The position numbers and the translations under genes were made by a program. A DNA stretch of 64,000 bases from a bacterium (lineage in GTDB: Bacteria > UBA8248), in contig OY843592.1 in assembly GCA_963692865.2 (NCBI GenBank), positions 2,176,001 to 2,240,000 of the forward strand, in the 5' to 3' direction. The notes below the pieces were generated by a model. The model worked only from the letters and a program-made list of their open reading frames with translations. It had not been told where the DNA came from and made no database searches. Positions 21,545-30,818 of the stretch are shown here, piece by piece (the first letter of the stretch is position 1; the number at the start of each line of letters is the position of its first letter).

Positions 21545-21800
21545 ATTCCGACCGATGAGGGGTTGTTGAAAAAGACCTGATTTCGTGTTTCGGAAGATGT
21601 AACCGACCGGTATCCGTAGGGACAGGCCTCCGTGCCTGTCCTGCTACGCAAACGTGATGGCATTGTAGGGGCCGCATATCATGCGGCCCGCCTTGTGGAG
21701 GCGAAAATCAGGGTCGCATGATATGTCGGACATATATGTCCGACCTACGGGTAAAACGTGGTTGATGCGAGAGGGATAGGTTTTTCAGCAACCCCTTCAG
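21545..21800. repeat. TIR MITE carrying REP hairpins
   Basis: GGGGTTGTTGAAAAA at 21559 to TTTTTCAGCAACCCC at 21795. Confidence 0.85.
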
Positions 21801-21824
21801 GGTGAACGCGAGGGGAGGGGAGCC

Positions 21825-22298
21825 GTGAAGGCGAGGCCCATGAGAGTCGAGGACGTGGAGCAGGTGATCGCCATCGAGCGCCTCTCCTTCCCGCTTCCGT
21901 GGTCGGGGGAGAGTTTCATCCGCGAGATTTCAGAGATCGACAATTCCCGCCTCCTGGTCGTGACGGAGGAGCAAGACCGCGCAGGCTCCCCAAAAGACTC
22001 GAAATACGAAGTGATGGGCTACGCCTGCTGGTGGGAGGTGGCGGACGAGTGCCACATCACGAATTTCGCCGTCTCGCCAGACCACAGGCGCAAGGGGGTG
22101 GGCGGTTTCCTGCTGGAGAGGATTCTGGAGGACGCCAGGGCCGGGGGCCTCCTCCGCGCCACTTTGGAGGTGCGCCTCGGCAACGCCGCCGCCATCGCCC
22201 TGTACGAGAAATGGGGGTTCACGGCGGCGGCCATGCGCCCGCGCTACTATCCCGACAACCGCGAAGACGCCCTGGTGATGTGGAAAGAGAAAATTTGA
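21825..22298 (+). CDS. rimI: Ribosomal-protein-alanine N-acetyltransferase
   Basis: IERLSF..PW, HITNFAV, LEVR..N..AI.LY, RYY..EDA.VM. Confidence 0.9.
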   Translation: MKARPMRVEDVEQVIAIERLSFPLPWSGESFIREISEIDNSRLLVVTEEQDRAGSPKDSKYEVMGYACWWEVADECHITNFAVSPDHRRKGVGGFLLERILEDARAGGLLRATLEVRLGNAAAIALYEKWGFTAAAMRPRYYPDNREDALVMWKEKI

Positions 22299-22401
22299 AG
22301 CGGCGGTTGAATCCCTGATGACAATCGGGTTGTAATCTGGTACATTCACCGCGTTGCGTCAGGTTCCCAGGCTTTATCCGTCCGTAGAAACCCAAGATTT
22401 C

Positions 22402-23022
22402 ATGATTTCCTTCACCTTTCCCGACATCGTCATCGCCGTTTTCCTGGGCGCGTTCCTGATTCGCGGCTGCGTGCGCGGTTTTTTCAGGGAAACGTTCTCC
22501 GTGGTCGCGCTCGGAATCGCGGTTCTCGTCGCCATGCAGTTCAGCGACCTCGCGCGCTCCTACGCCTCCCATTTCCTCGGCGGGAGCGACCGGCTCGACG
22601 CGCTGGCCAGGCCGCTGGTCTTCTTCGGAACGTGGATTATCGCCCTGCTGTTCTTCCGCATGATGCTCGGCGCCTTGTCGATAGCCAAGCCCGGATTGTT
22701 CTCGCGGCTCGGCGGCGGCCTCATCGGGTGCGCCAAGGCCGCCTTCTTCGTCGGCCTGATTCTGGCGGCGCTCGACGCCCATTCCCCCGGTTTTTCGCCC
22801 GTCGGCGGGGAGCACAGGATTCTGCCCTACATGCGGGAGGTGAGCGCCTACGTCCAGAGGCTCGAAATGGTGGACGTCGGGGAGAGCCTCGACGCCGCCG
22901 GGGAGAAACTCGGCGACAAGCTCGACGCGGCCAAAGAAGGCGCCGGCGCGGTGAAGGAAAAGCTCGAAGGCATGACGGGCGGTGAGAAGGATGAGGGGGA
23001 AGTGAGGGAGCTCAAGAGGTAG
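22402..23022 (+). CDS. cvpA: CvpA (colicin V production) family membrane protein
   Basis: RGCVRGFFRE and SRLGGGLIG motifs, about 4 TM helices. Confidence 0.8.
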   Translation: MISFTFPDIVIAVFLGAFLIRGCVRGFFRETFSVVALGIAVLVAMQFSDLARSYASHFLGGSDRLDALARPLVFFGTWIIALLFFRMMLGALSIAKPGLFSRLGGGLIGCAKAAFFVGLILAALDAHSPGFSPVGGEHRILPYMREVSAYVQRLEMVDVGESLDAAGEKLGDKLDAAKEGAGAVKEKLEGMTGGEKDEGEVRELKR

Positions 23023-23085
23023 GGGGGAGCGGAAGTCCTCACAGGTTATTTTGATTCTTTCCAAATTTCCCAAAAGAGTTTCATC

Positions 23086-23922
23086 ATGGACTTGGATGAT
23101 CCCAATAAGCCGGAGTTTGCTTCACATAGAAGCTATAATGAGTTCGCCCGACGCGTTCGTCGCGGCCGACGATATGTTTGGGAGAAAGAAGTCCAGGCGT
23201 TCTTGGATACGGTCCTCAAGACTTTGAAGGATCGCGATGTGAACATTAAGAAAGACACCGTGTTTTATCGTGCGCAGCAAGGAGTTGACGACGGGTCATA
23301 TATAGACGAGGACGGCAACGAATTGCCGACACTGTCTGCCTTTGGCCCTGAACGAATGAAACCACTCGCAAACCGCGCCAAGGAAGGGCGAGTCAATCCG
23401 GCGGGCATTCCCGTGCTCTACCTTGCTACTAACGAACAAACGGCCATTTCCGAAGTCAGGCCATGGATAGGAACACCGCTTTCTGTTGCTCAATGTGAGA
23501 TTGTCCGTGATCTGAAAGCTGTCGACTTATCCTTTGGGTATGGCAAACTGTCAATTGGTCACCTGACGCTTAAAGAGCTTGGCGGTGAAAAAGGACTTGA
23601 TGCTAAGAAGAAAGAAAAAGCAGTCTGGATCGATATTGATAACGCATTTTCGCGCCCGGTTACGCCTTCTGAAGATGCAGCATCCTATGCGCCTACGCAA
23701 ATCCTTGCGGAGCTTTTTCAAAATGTCGGCTACGACGCAATCGCCTATCGAAGTCAGTTTGGCGATAAGGGATACAATATCGCTCTTTTCAACTTGGAGG
23801 ATGCGGAGGTTATTACTGCCGCCCCTTATCACGTTACGGACATTGATATGAAATTCGACAAAATAGGTAATGGGTGGTTTTCAACGAAACATTACGATTC
23901 GAAGAAAAAGAAACCGGACTGA
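23086..23922 (+). CDS. RES-domain protein (NAD phosphorylase-like)
   Basis: YRAQ, GRVNPAGIPVLYLA, AISEVRP, YRS conserved R-E-S residues; lower GC than neighbours. Confidence 0.85.
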   Translation: MDLDDPNKPEFASHRSYNEFARRVRRGRRYVWEKEVQAFLDTVLKTLKDRDVNIKKDTVFYRAQQGVDDGSYIDEDGNELPTLSAFGPERMKPLANRAKEGRVNPAGIPVLYLATNEQTAISEVRPWIGTPLSVAQCEIVRDLKAVDLSFGYGKLSIGHLTLKELGGEKGLDAKKKEKAVWIDIDNAFSRPVTPSEDAASYAPTQILAELFQNVGYDAIAYRSQFGDKGYNIALFNLEDAEVITAAPYHVTDIDMKFDKIGNGWFSTKHYDSKKKKPD

Positions 23923-24000
23923 TACGAGTACGCTTTGAATAGAATAGTACTTCCCTTCAAGAAGTTTTTTTGCACGAGGAAGCGCAATCCCTCCCTCCTC

Positions 24001-24330
24001 GGGGTTGTTGAAAAACCCCTCTTTTCGCTCGGAATTTACCCCCGCCGACTCGGAAGCGGACTTCGCCCTTGAACGGTATTGCCAACTGACGAGAGAGAAG
24101 ATATCCACTCCCCCCTTGAGGGGGAGTCGAAGAGGCCGAGCCCTTGGGCGAAGGCCGATTCGGTGGGGGGTAAAACGCGTCTATAGTCAAACCGAATTAT
24201 ACCCCCCACCGAATCGCTTGCGGGCTTGCGCCCTTAGCTCTTCGTCGGACATCCCGATGAGGAGATGTCCGACCCTCAAGGGGGGAGTGAAATTCAGCGC
24301 GCTCGTTTTTGGGACTTTTTCAACAACCCC
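24001..24330. mobile_element. Non-autonomous TIR MITE (CCTC duplication) with a nested palindromic element at 24106-24289
   Basis: Perfect 15-bp TIRs GGGGTTGTTGAAAAA/TTTTTCAACAACCCC, with CCTC on both flanks. Confidence 0.8.
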
Positions 24331-24352
24331 CCTCGGTCGGGATTGACCCCTT

Positions 24353-24760
24353 TCAACACCCCATCACCCGCACATGCCCTTGCTCGCCGTATTCGAGCAG
24401 GTGGGCGTCGCGCGTCACCAGTGTGTAGCCGAACGCCCGCGCCGTTGCGAGGAGAATGCGGTCGGCGGGGTCGGCGGGAGGATTTCCGGGAAGAGCGGCA
24501 GAGGCGATCAGCACCGAGGGTGGCATTCCGGCGAGCGCAACTTCCAGTCGGTCGCAGAAGTCCTCGAACCAAACTTCGGGACTCATGGCGAGCGAGATTT
24601 TTCCCTTCGTCGCGAGGTTGGCGATTTCCCATGCGCTGATCGGGGAGACGAAAATATCTCCTTCGCGCGCTTTGGGCAGTTCGCTCGCTGCGGGTTCTCG
24701 CAGGCGCGCGCCTTCCGCAATCCAGATCACCGCACAGGTATCAAGGAGAATAGCAGGCAT
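24353..24760 (-). CDS. vapC: PIN-domain (VapC) toxin
   Basis: LLDTC, SPISAWEI, DPADRIL, LVTRD. Confidence 0.9.
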   Translation of the reverse strand: MPAILLDTCAVIWIAEGARLREPAASELPKAREGDIFVSPISAWEIANLATKGKISLAMSPEVWFEDFCDRLEVALAGMPPSVLIASAALPGNPPADPADRILLATARAFGYTLVTRDAHLLEYGEQGHVRVMGC

Positions 24761-24766
24761 CGCGGT

Positions 24767-25174
24767 CTATCGCGCGGCGTCCCATTCCACATCGACCGGG
24801 GAGGTCAAGTCCGTGCCCTGATGGATCGTCACCGTTCCCTGGAGCGCGCCGTAGATGCGTGAGAAATAAGCGACGTCGCCTCCGTTCGGGGTTTCTCGCT
24901 CGTCGCTCGCCTCGGGTGTTAGCTCGCTCTCTGAGGATTTTCGAAATACAAGTTTGCGGCCCGACATATCCACGTTCGCCGTCTTGTAGCCCGCATCGAG
25001 CCAAGCGTGGGTGATGACGCTGTTCGTGGGATTGTTCGACCACCACGCGCGGTACTTGAAGGCCGAGGGCGGCAGCTTCACTCCTATGATACGTTCGATT
25101 TTATCGAACGAGAGGGGAACGGACGCCTGCCCGGATGCGCGCAGGTGAGTCGTCAGGGGTGCGTATTTGGACAT
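24767..25174 (-). CDS. Putative antitoxin (N-terminal DUF7662-like domain plus antitoxin-like C-terminal tail)
   Basis: MSKYAPL..LSFDKIERIIG.KLPPSA..YRAWWSN; tail GALQGTV...DLTSPV..EW; directly upstream of vapC. Confidence 0.65.
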   Translation of the reverse strand: MSKYAPLTTHLRASGQASVPLSFDKIERIIGVKLPPSAFKYRAWWSNNPTNSVITHAWLDAGYKTANVDMSGRKLVFRKSSESELTPEASDERETPNGGDVAYFSRIYGALQGTVTIHQGTDLTSPVDVEWDAAR

Positions 25175-25278
25175 GAGAACACTCCAAATAGTTAGTGTTG
25201 ATTGATTTAGTAATAAAACAACATATTTGTCAAGAGAAAACATCCGCCGGTTCAGATGAAGGATTGTCTTCAGCAAGA

Positions 25279-25353
25279 CTACAGGGATGTTGCCAATGTT
25301 TTCGTTGATTTGTTCAGGTATCGAACGAGGACGTTCGCCCCAAGCGAGATCAC
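25279..25353 (-). pseudogene. Truncated PIN toxin N-terminus
   Basis: GTG overlapping the AbrB stop reads MISLGANVLVRYLN (compare MIxLDTNVLVRYL), stop after 24 aa. Confidence 0.65.
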
Positions 25354-25583
25354 TCCTCGCACGCCCCGGCAGCAACCGCGCACTCCATCTCTTCGAGCGT
25401 TTTTGGGGGGCCTTCGTATTCGAGCGCGCCGGACAGCCGGGCGAGGGGCCGCATCGGGATGATGCGCACCTCATCGCCGAGGATGAGGTAGCGCACTTTA
25501 TCTCCGGGCTTCACGCCAAGGGCTTCGCGTACGGGCTTGGGGAGCGTCGTCCGGCCCTTCGAGGAAATCTTGGATTCGACCAT
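25350..25583 (-). CDS. AbrB/MazE/SpoVT family antitoxin
   Basis: SKISSKGRTTLPKPVREALGVKPGD. Confidence 0.85.
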   Translation of the reverse strand: MVESKISSKGRTTLPKPVREALGVKPGDKVRYLILGDEVRIIPMRPLARLSGALEYEGPPKTLEEMECAVAAGACEE

Positions 25584-25664
25584 CTGATAATCTCCCTTCA
25601 TTCCTTGCGAATCAGAATCAAGCCTTAGCATCATAGCAAGGAATAAGGTTTTTCGGATTGTATT

Positions 25665-25725
25665 TCAACACCCCACCGCCCGCGCATGACCTCGCTCGCC
25701 GTATTCGAGGGGGCGTTCGTCGCGC
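25665..25725 (-). pseudogene. Remnant of vapC 3' end
   Basis: Similar to 24353-24415 (tcaacacccc...ctcgccgtattcgag). Confidence 0.65.
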
Positions 25726-25746
25726 GGCGTTCAGCCGGTATCCATG

Positions 25747-25845
25747 GCGTTTATATTGAATTTAGCCGGTTTATAAATTCCATATAATTTTTCTAACAAA
25801 CGCATAATCCCTTTTCGCTTGACCGGAAAGGCAACCATTCTATAT
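25747..25845 (+). promoter_or_regulatory. AT-rich promoter block (TTGACC..TATATT), partly duplicated at 27022-27101
   Basis: About 80-bp direct repeat lying upstream of the HTH gene. Confidence 0.55.
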
Positions 25846-25897
25846 TTTATGATGGTTTTAACCAACATATATCTTGTATGTGATGGATAATAACAAC

Positions 25898-26239
25898 ATG
25901 CCGAATAAAAACAGGATTACACGGACGCCGCCGGGCGCAGTCGAGGACGCCATCAGGCGCCTGGGCCGGAACATCCGCACGGCGCGGCTGCGCCGGAGGC
26001 TGCGCATCGAGGATGTGGCGAACCGCATCGGCGCTTCGCGCTTCACGGTCGCGGACGTCGAGAAGGGGAAACCCGGCGCGTCGATGGCCGCCTACGCGGG
26101 CGCGCTGTGGGCGCTCGGCCTGCTGGAGGGCATGAGCGAAGTGGCCGACCCCGACCGCGACGAGGAGGGCAAGACGCTGGAGAGCGCCGGAAGCCCCCGG
26201 CGGGCGCCGCGCCGCAGGAGGCTCGACAATGACTTCTGA
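25898..26239 (+). CDS. XRE-family HTH protein (HipB-like antitoxin)
   Basis: LGRNIRTARLRRRL...VEKGKPG...ALWALG...NDF. Confidence 0.8.
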   Translation: MPNKNRITRTPPGAVEDAIRRLGRNIRTARLRRRLRIEDVANRIGASRFTVADVEKGKPGASMAAYAGALWALGLLEGMSEVADPDRDEEGKTLESAGSPRRAPRRRRLDNDF

Positions 26240-26360
26240 GGGCGAGTGCTTCGTCTGCGTCGTTCTCCCCGGTGAGACCGGTTCCGGGGGGAATGGGAAG
26301 TTCGTGGGTCGAGGCGGCGGGATTATCTCTATGTGGAGGCATTCATGGCGGATGCGTTAG
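26229..26360 (+). pseudogene. Truncated HipA-like toxin N-terminus
   Basis: ATG overlapping the HTH gene end reads MTSEGECFVCVVLPGET, like HipA N-termini; stop at codon 44. Confidence 0.55.
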
Positions 26361-26932
26361 GGAAACTCGGGGTTGCAAGGAAAGACGGCGGTGAGCGCTT
26401 TCGGGCAGGTGGCTCCGAACTGGATTTCAGCGTGCTCGATTATTGGCGATGGTCGGCCTCCGATCTGGTCGGCAACACGGCCCGAGGGATTCTGGCGGAA
26501 TACATCGTGGCCCGCGCCCTTGAGATTGCGACCGATAGAGAGGTTCGCGACGAGTGGGCGCCGTTCGACCTCCAGACGCCGGACGGGGTGAAGATAGAGG
26601 TCAAATCCGCGGCGTACGTCCAGAGTTGGGCGCAGGCCCGCTTCTCCCGGATCAGTTTCGGGACGCCCAAGACGCGCGCGTGGGACTCCGAAAGCAACTC
26701 CTACGACTCCGAACCCAAACGCCAGGCCGACGTTTACGTGTTCGCGCTCTTCGCGCAGCGGGAAATGCCTGTCGAGCCGCTCGACCTCGATCAGTGGAAA
26801 TTCTACGCGCTATCCGCCTTGAAGCTCGATGAGCGCAAGTCGATATCGCTGTCCGCTTTGAAAAAACTCGCTTCGCCCGTCGCCTATCACGAACTCGCAG
26901 ACGCCGTGAGAGAAGCCGCCGTGAGAGATTGA
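26345..26932 (+). CDS. Putative PD-(D/E)XK nuclease
   Basis: RGILAEY...FDL.TPDGVKIEVKS motif; GGAGG RBS. Confidence 0.65.
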   Translation: MADALGKLGVARKDGGERFRAGGSELDFSVLDYWRWSASDLVGNTARGILAEYIVARALEIATDREVRDEWAPFDLQTPDGVKIEVKSAAYVQSWAQARFSRISFGTPKTRAWDSESNSYDSEPKRQADVYVFALFAQREMPVEPLDLDQWKFYALSALKLDERKSISLSALKKLASPVAYHELADAVREAAVRD

Positions 26933-27349
26933 CGCCCGCCCGATCCTTCGCGCCTGTTGCAGTGGTTCAGGTTTTGGCGGGATTTCACCGAAAAGCCTCC
27001 CGCAATAGTCCCCTCTCTCCCGCGTTTATGTTTATTTTAGCCGGTTTATCAATTCCATATAATACGCCTAAAAAACGTATAATCCCTTTTCACTTGACCG
27101 GGAGGGTGAAGTTTTTCGCCTGTATCGTCTTCTCCTGAAGGACGCAGTTCGGGACGGCGCTCCGCAGCGGATTCCTATATGACGGCTTGTTTTCAGGGTC
27201 GGGAGTTGGCCGTGTATGCGGGCAGCAGGGCGAGAGGGGGTTGAACGAATCGGCAACGAGCCGCGGGATGGTTCGGCGTTTCGTCTTGGTTTTCCTGAAA
27301 CTCTCCCGGAGAATACGCAATCCCTCCTTCCCCGGTCGGGATGGACCCC

Positions 27350-27480
27350 TCAACACCCCATCACCCGCGCATGACCTCGCCCGTCGTATTCGAGGGGGCG
27401 CGCGTCGCGCGTCACGAGCGTGCGTCCGAGTTCCCGCGCCTCGGCGAGAAGGATCCGGCCTTCCTTGTCTCGAAAAACGC
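27350..27480 (-). pseudogene. Degenerate vapC C-terminal fragment
   Basis: GRILLAEARELGRTLVTRDARPLEYDGRGHARVMGC* versus DRILLATARAFGYTLVTRDAHLLEYGEQGHVRVMGC* in vapC. Confidence 0.75.
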
Positions 27481-27606
27481 GATCCTCTCTTCTGCGAACG
27501 AGGATGTCCTTCCTTGCGCCGCCGCATTTTCTCATCCTCCCTCAACCGGCGAACCGCAATCGCTCCTTCATCGGTCGCGGTTGACCTCCCCGCCCGGGAT
27601 TGGGCG

Positions 27607-27832
27607 CGCATTTCCCCGCATTTGGCGTCATCGGGTTTTCGCCCGCGTGGGCGAGAATCCCCCGCGAGGAGGGACGTTCTGATGGAGATGAATCCGGACG
27701 GCGCGGCAAAGGCGGAACGGCGAGAGGGCGTCGAGGCGACGGAGCGCCCTGGAAGCGGATTGAAAACCCCGACTTCGAATTCCTGAACAATTGTATAAAA
27801 TTGGATAAATTCACGACGTTTTTCGATAAATT
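27607..27832 (+). repeat. About 225-bp element, inverted copy at 32962-33188; carries AGGAGG plus a 34-aa ORF (27682-27786)
   Basis: Direct sequence match on the opposite strand. Confidence 0.85.
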
Positions 27833-27932
27833 GACTGTGTTTTTCCGGCAATAAAAACGGGCGCACCAGGCGGGAGACGGGGACGGAAATGTACTTTAAT
27901 TATTTTATATAAATGGTTGATATATAAGGTAA

Positions 27933-28466
27933 TTATTCTTTCTTTGCGCGCCAGCAGCGCGGGTCGTGGGGTTCGGGTATCCTGCCCACGCTCTCGAGAT
28001 AGGCTTCTGCGATCTTGGGTCCCATGAAGACGAATTCTTGACGGAATATCCTTTGCAGCGAGGGCAGATCGTCCGGCAGGGAGGCGAGGTAGCGGTTGAA
28101 CGAGCCGTGTTTTTTCCGGATGGCGAGGAATCTCCTGGCGTTCTCGATGGTCGCCTCGATTTTCTTGCGGTTGCGCACGACGCCCGGGTTTCCGAGGATG
28201 CGCCCGATGTCCTTCTCGGTGAAACGGGCGACTTTTTCGGGCGAGAACCGCATGAATTCTTTTCTGAACGCCTCGCGCTTGTGCAGTATCGTGCGCCACG
28301 AGAGGCCCGCCTGGAAGATTTCGAGCGAGAGTTGTTCGAAGTGTTTCCGGGTCGTGCGGACGGGAAACCCCCATTCCTCGTCATGGTATTTCTCCATCAC
28401 CGGGTCGCCCTCGGCCCACGTGCATCGCCTGGGATTCGGGATGTCTTTTCGCGTTCTGGGGGACAT
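27933..28466 (-). CDS. tag: DNA-3-methyladenine glycosylase I
   Basis: RCTWA..YHDEEWG, FQAGLSW.TIL.KR, RNRKKI, H...C. Confidence 0.92.
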   Translation of the reverse strand: MSPRTRKDIPNPRRCTWAEGDPVMEKYHDEEWGFPVRTTRKHFEQLSLEIFQAGLSWRTILHKREAFRKEFMRFSPEKVARFTEKDIGRILGNPGVVRNRKKIEATIENARRFLAIRKKHGSFNRYLASLPDDLPSLQRIFRQEFVFMGPKIAEAYLESVGRIPEPHDPRCWRAKKE

Positions 28467-28494
28467 ACGCTCTCTCGGCAGGCGGGTTTCGGGG

Positions 28495-29175
28495 CTACAG
28501 GGGCCACTCCTCCATCTTCCAGCTCATGTCCCAGAAGAGGTATTCGTATCGCGTGCCCATCAGGAAATGCGCGCGCATGCGCTCGCGCTCGGCGGGGCCC
28601 GCCGCCGCCGCGGCCTCATCGAACATTTCGCGCAGCCAGCGGGCGAGCCCGGCAAACTCTTCAGACGCGTAGGTCTCTATCCACTCGGCGTGGAGCGGCG
28701 CGTTCTCGGGAATCCCCCTGGCGGCGAGCATCTCGCCGATGATGGCGTAGTCCCACTGGCAGGGCAGCATGGCGGCGGCGACCTCTCCGAACGTGCCCGA
28801 ATAGGCCGCCTCGAGCAGGAAATCGGTGTATCCCCTGCAGGTGGGCGCAGGTCTGGTCGCCTCTATCTCATCATTCGATATCCCGAATTTCGCCGCGAAT
28901 CCCCGGTGGAGTTCCATCTCGGTGTTCAGCGTGGCGTTCAGGAGATCCGCGAAACGCCCCATCTCCGCCAGCTCGGGGGCCTTCACGACGGCCAGGGCGA
29001 TGACGCGGCTGTATTCCTTCAAAAAAATGTAGTCCTGGCGCATGTAGAAGCGGAACTGCTCCAGCGGCAGCGTGCCGTCCCCGATGCCCCGGACGAAGGG
29101 GTGCGCATGAATTTTTTCCCAGAGTGGCGCCGCTTCTGCGCGGAGCGCCTCGCTCATTTTCGTTTCAGGGTTCAA
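28495..29175 (-). CDS. tenA: Thiaminase II / TenA
   Basis: HPFV.GI.DGTL, QDYIFL, LPC.W.Y, YEY.FW. Start may be TTG 29175 or ATG 29157. Confidence 0.92.
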   Translation of the reverse strand: MNPETKMSEALRAEAAPLWEKIHAHPFVRGIGDGTLPLEQFRFYMRQDYIFLKEYSRVIALAVVKAPELAEMGRFADLLNATLNTEMELHRGFAAKFGISNDEIEATRPAPTCRGYTDFLLEAAYSGTFGEVAAAMLPCQWDYAIIGEMLAARGIPENAPLHAEWIETYASEEFAGLARWLREMFDEAAAAAGPAERERMRAHFLMGTRYEYLFWDMSWKMEEWPL

Positions 29176-29182
29176 TATGGCC

Positions 29183-29515
29183 TCACAAGTTGTCGAGAAT
29201 TTTCTTGGATCGGCCCTTCTCCAGTGTTTCACCGAAAGAATCGCCCAGGTCGACGCCCAGTTGCTGGGCGCGCTTCTGGGCCCAGAGCCCGATGTTGCGA
29301 TCGTCTTTGTAGAAAGACCCGTCCTGCGGCTTCGATGGGTCGAACGAATCGAGCCGCTGGGCTTCGGTCTGGTGCGAGGAGAAGCGCGACATGATTTTTC
29401 TCAGTCTCTTGTTCCCGCAGGCGCGGCAGGTGAGTTTTCTCCTGTCCGAGGGCTTCATCACCAGGTGGCCGGAGATGAAGCCGCACTCCCTGCACTCGTA
29501 TTCATAGATCGGCAT
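29183..29515 (-). CDS. FmdB-family zinc-ribbon protein
   Basis: MPIYEYECRECG...CRACG. Confidence 0.85.
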   Translation of the reverse strand: MPIYEYECRECGFISGHLVMKPSDRRKLTCRACGNKRLRKIMSRFSSHQTEAQRLDSFDPSKPQDGSFYKDDRNIGLWAQKRAQQLGVDLGDSFGETLEKGRSKKILDNL

Positions 29516-30791
29516 CGGGTGAATCCCTCGTCTCCATGTCCGCGCCCAGCGCCGTCATGCGCTCGCAAAAATCAGGGAATGTTACCGCCATCGCCTCGGC
29601 CGTGTCGACCGATACGCCCTCCGGCGCGGCGAGTCCGGCAACGGCGGCGGACATGACGATGCGGTGGTCGCCGAACCCGTGAACGGCCCCTCCCTTGAGA
29701 CCGCCGCCCCGGATGATGATGCCGTCGGTCAGTTCGCTCGCTTCTCCGCCCAGCGTTTCGATGACTTCGCGCATGGCGGAGATTCTGTCCGTCTCCTTGA
29801 TGCGGGCCTGGGGCGTGTTGAGGAGCCTGGTTTCCCCGTCCGCGAACGCGCCGAGCACGGCCATGACGGGCAGCAGGTCGGGCGTGGCGTTCAAGTCGAA
29901 TTCCCCTCCGCGCAGCGCCTTCCCTCGGATTCGGACGCCGGCCTCCGAGACGAGAACCTCGGCACCCATTTCTTCGATGAAGCGGAGAACCTCCTTGTCG
30001 CCTTGCGAGTCACCGAGGTCCAGGCCTTCGAGCGTCACGTCGCCGCCCGGCAGCGCACCTGCGGCCACCAAAAAGGCGGCGGAACTCCAATCGGCGGGGA
30101 CGGTGACTTCGAATCCCGGGAGCGTCTGCCCGCCCGGAACGGTGAAACTGCGGTATTCATCGCGCTCGTATTCCAATCCCAGGCGATCCAGCCACCACAG
30201 CGTCATTTCCACGTAAGGACGCTCGTTCAGGTCGGTCGGCTCGATGGTGGTCGTCTCCTCGCCGAAGGGCGCGTTCAGGAGCAGGGAGGACGTGAACTGG
30301 CTGGTCGTCCCGTCGACTTTCGTCCGCCCGCCGCGCCACGGGCCGCCCACCGTGGCGGGGAGATAACCGTTATTGCCGGATCGTGCGCTTGCGCCCAGGT
30401 TCGATAGCGCATCGAGCAGCGGCCCCATCGGGCGTTTTCTGGTTTGCGAATCCCCGTCGAAGCGCGCTTCGCCGTCTTGCATGAGGGCGGCGGTGCCGAG
30501 CGCCATCCGACAGGTGGTTCCCGAATTCCCTACGTCCAGAACTCCATGCGGCGCTTTGGGGCGGGCGCCGAAGCCCTCCACCGACCAGACGTCTTCTTCC
30601 TTGTTTATCTCGGCGCCGAAGCTCCCGTAGACGCTTGCCGCCGAGAGGCCGTCCGCAGAATCGAGGGGGTTCAGAATCACGCTTTTTCCCGACGCCAGGG
30701 ATGCGAACGCGACGGCGCGGATGGAGTGGGATTTCGAACCGGGAACGCCGCTGGTTCCCTTGGCGGTGGATGGTTTGACCGACAGTATCAT
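29502..30791 (-). CDS. aroA: 3-phosphoshikimate 1-carboxyvinyltransferase
   Basis: PGSKS, GNSGTT, RPM, SQF, KETDRI, DHRI. Confidence 0.97.
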   Translation of the reverse strand: MILSVKPSTAKGTSGVPGSKSHSIRAVAFASLASGKSVILNPLDSADGLSAASVYGSFGAEINKEEDVWSVEGFGARPKAPHGVLDVGNSGTTCRMALGTAALMQDGEARFDGDSQTRKRPMGPLLDALSNLGASARSGNNGYLPATVGGPWRGGRTKVDGTTSQFTSSLLLNAPFGEETTTIEPTDLNERPYVEMTLWWLDRLGLEYERDEYRSFTVPGGQTLPGFEVTVPADWSSAAFLVAAGALPGGDVTLEGLDLGDSQGDKEVLRFIEEMGAEVLVSEAGVRIRGKALRGGEFDLNATPDLLPVMAVLGAFADGETRLLNTPQARIKETDRISAMREVIETLGGEASELTDGIIIRGGGLKGGAVHGFGDHRIVMSAAVAGLAAPEGVSVDTAEAMAVTFPDFCERMTALGADMETRDSPDADL

Positions 30792-30818
30792 GACGATGAT
30801 CGTGTCTGGCGGCGGTTT

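Noticed and set aside
27105-27340. Possible tRNA/ncRNA or att site in the TA hotspot
   Set aside because: No cloverleaf, T-loop consensus or CCA end could be built by eye; needs an Infernal/tRNAscan run.
29160-29500. TPP riboswitch upstream of tenA
   Set aside because: tenA is operon-internal with almost no leader, and no TPP consensus was seen.
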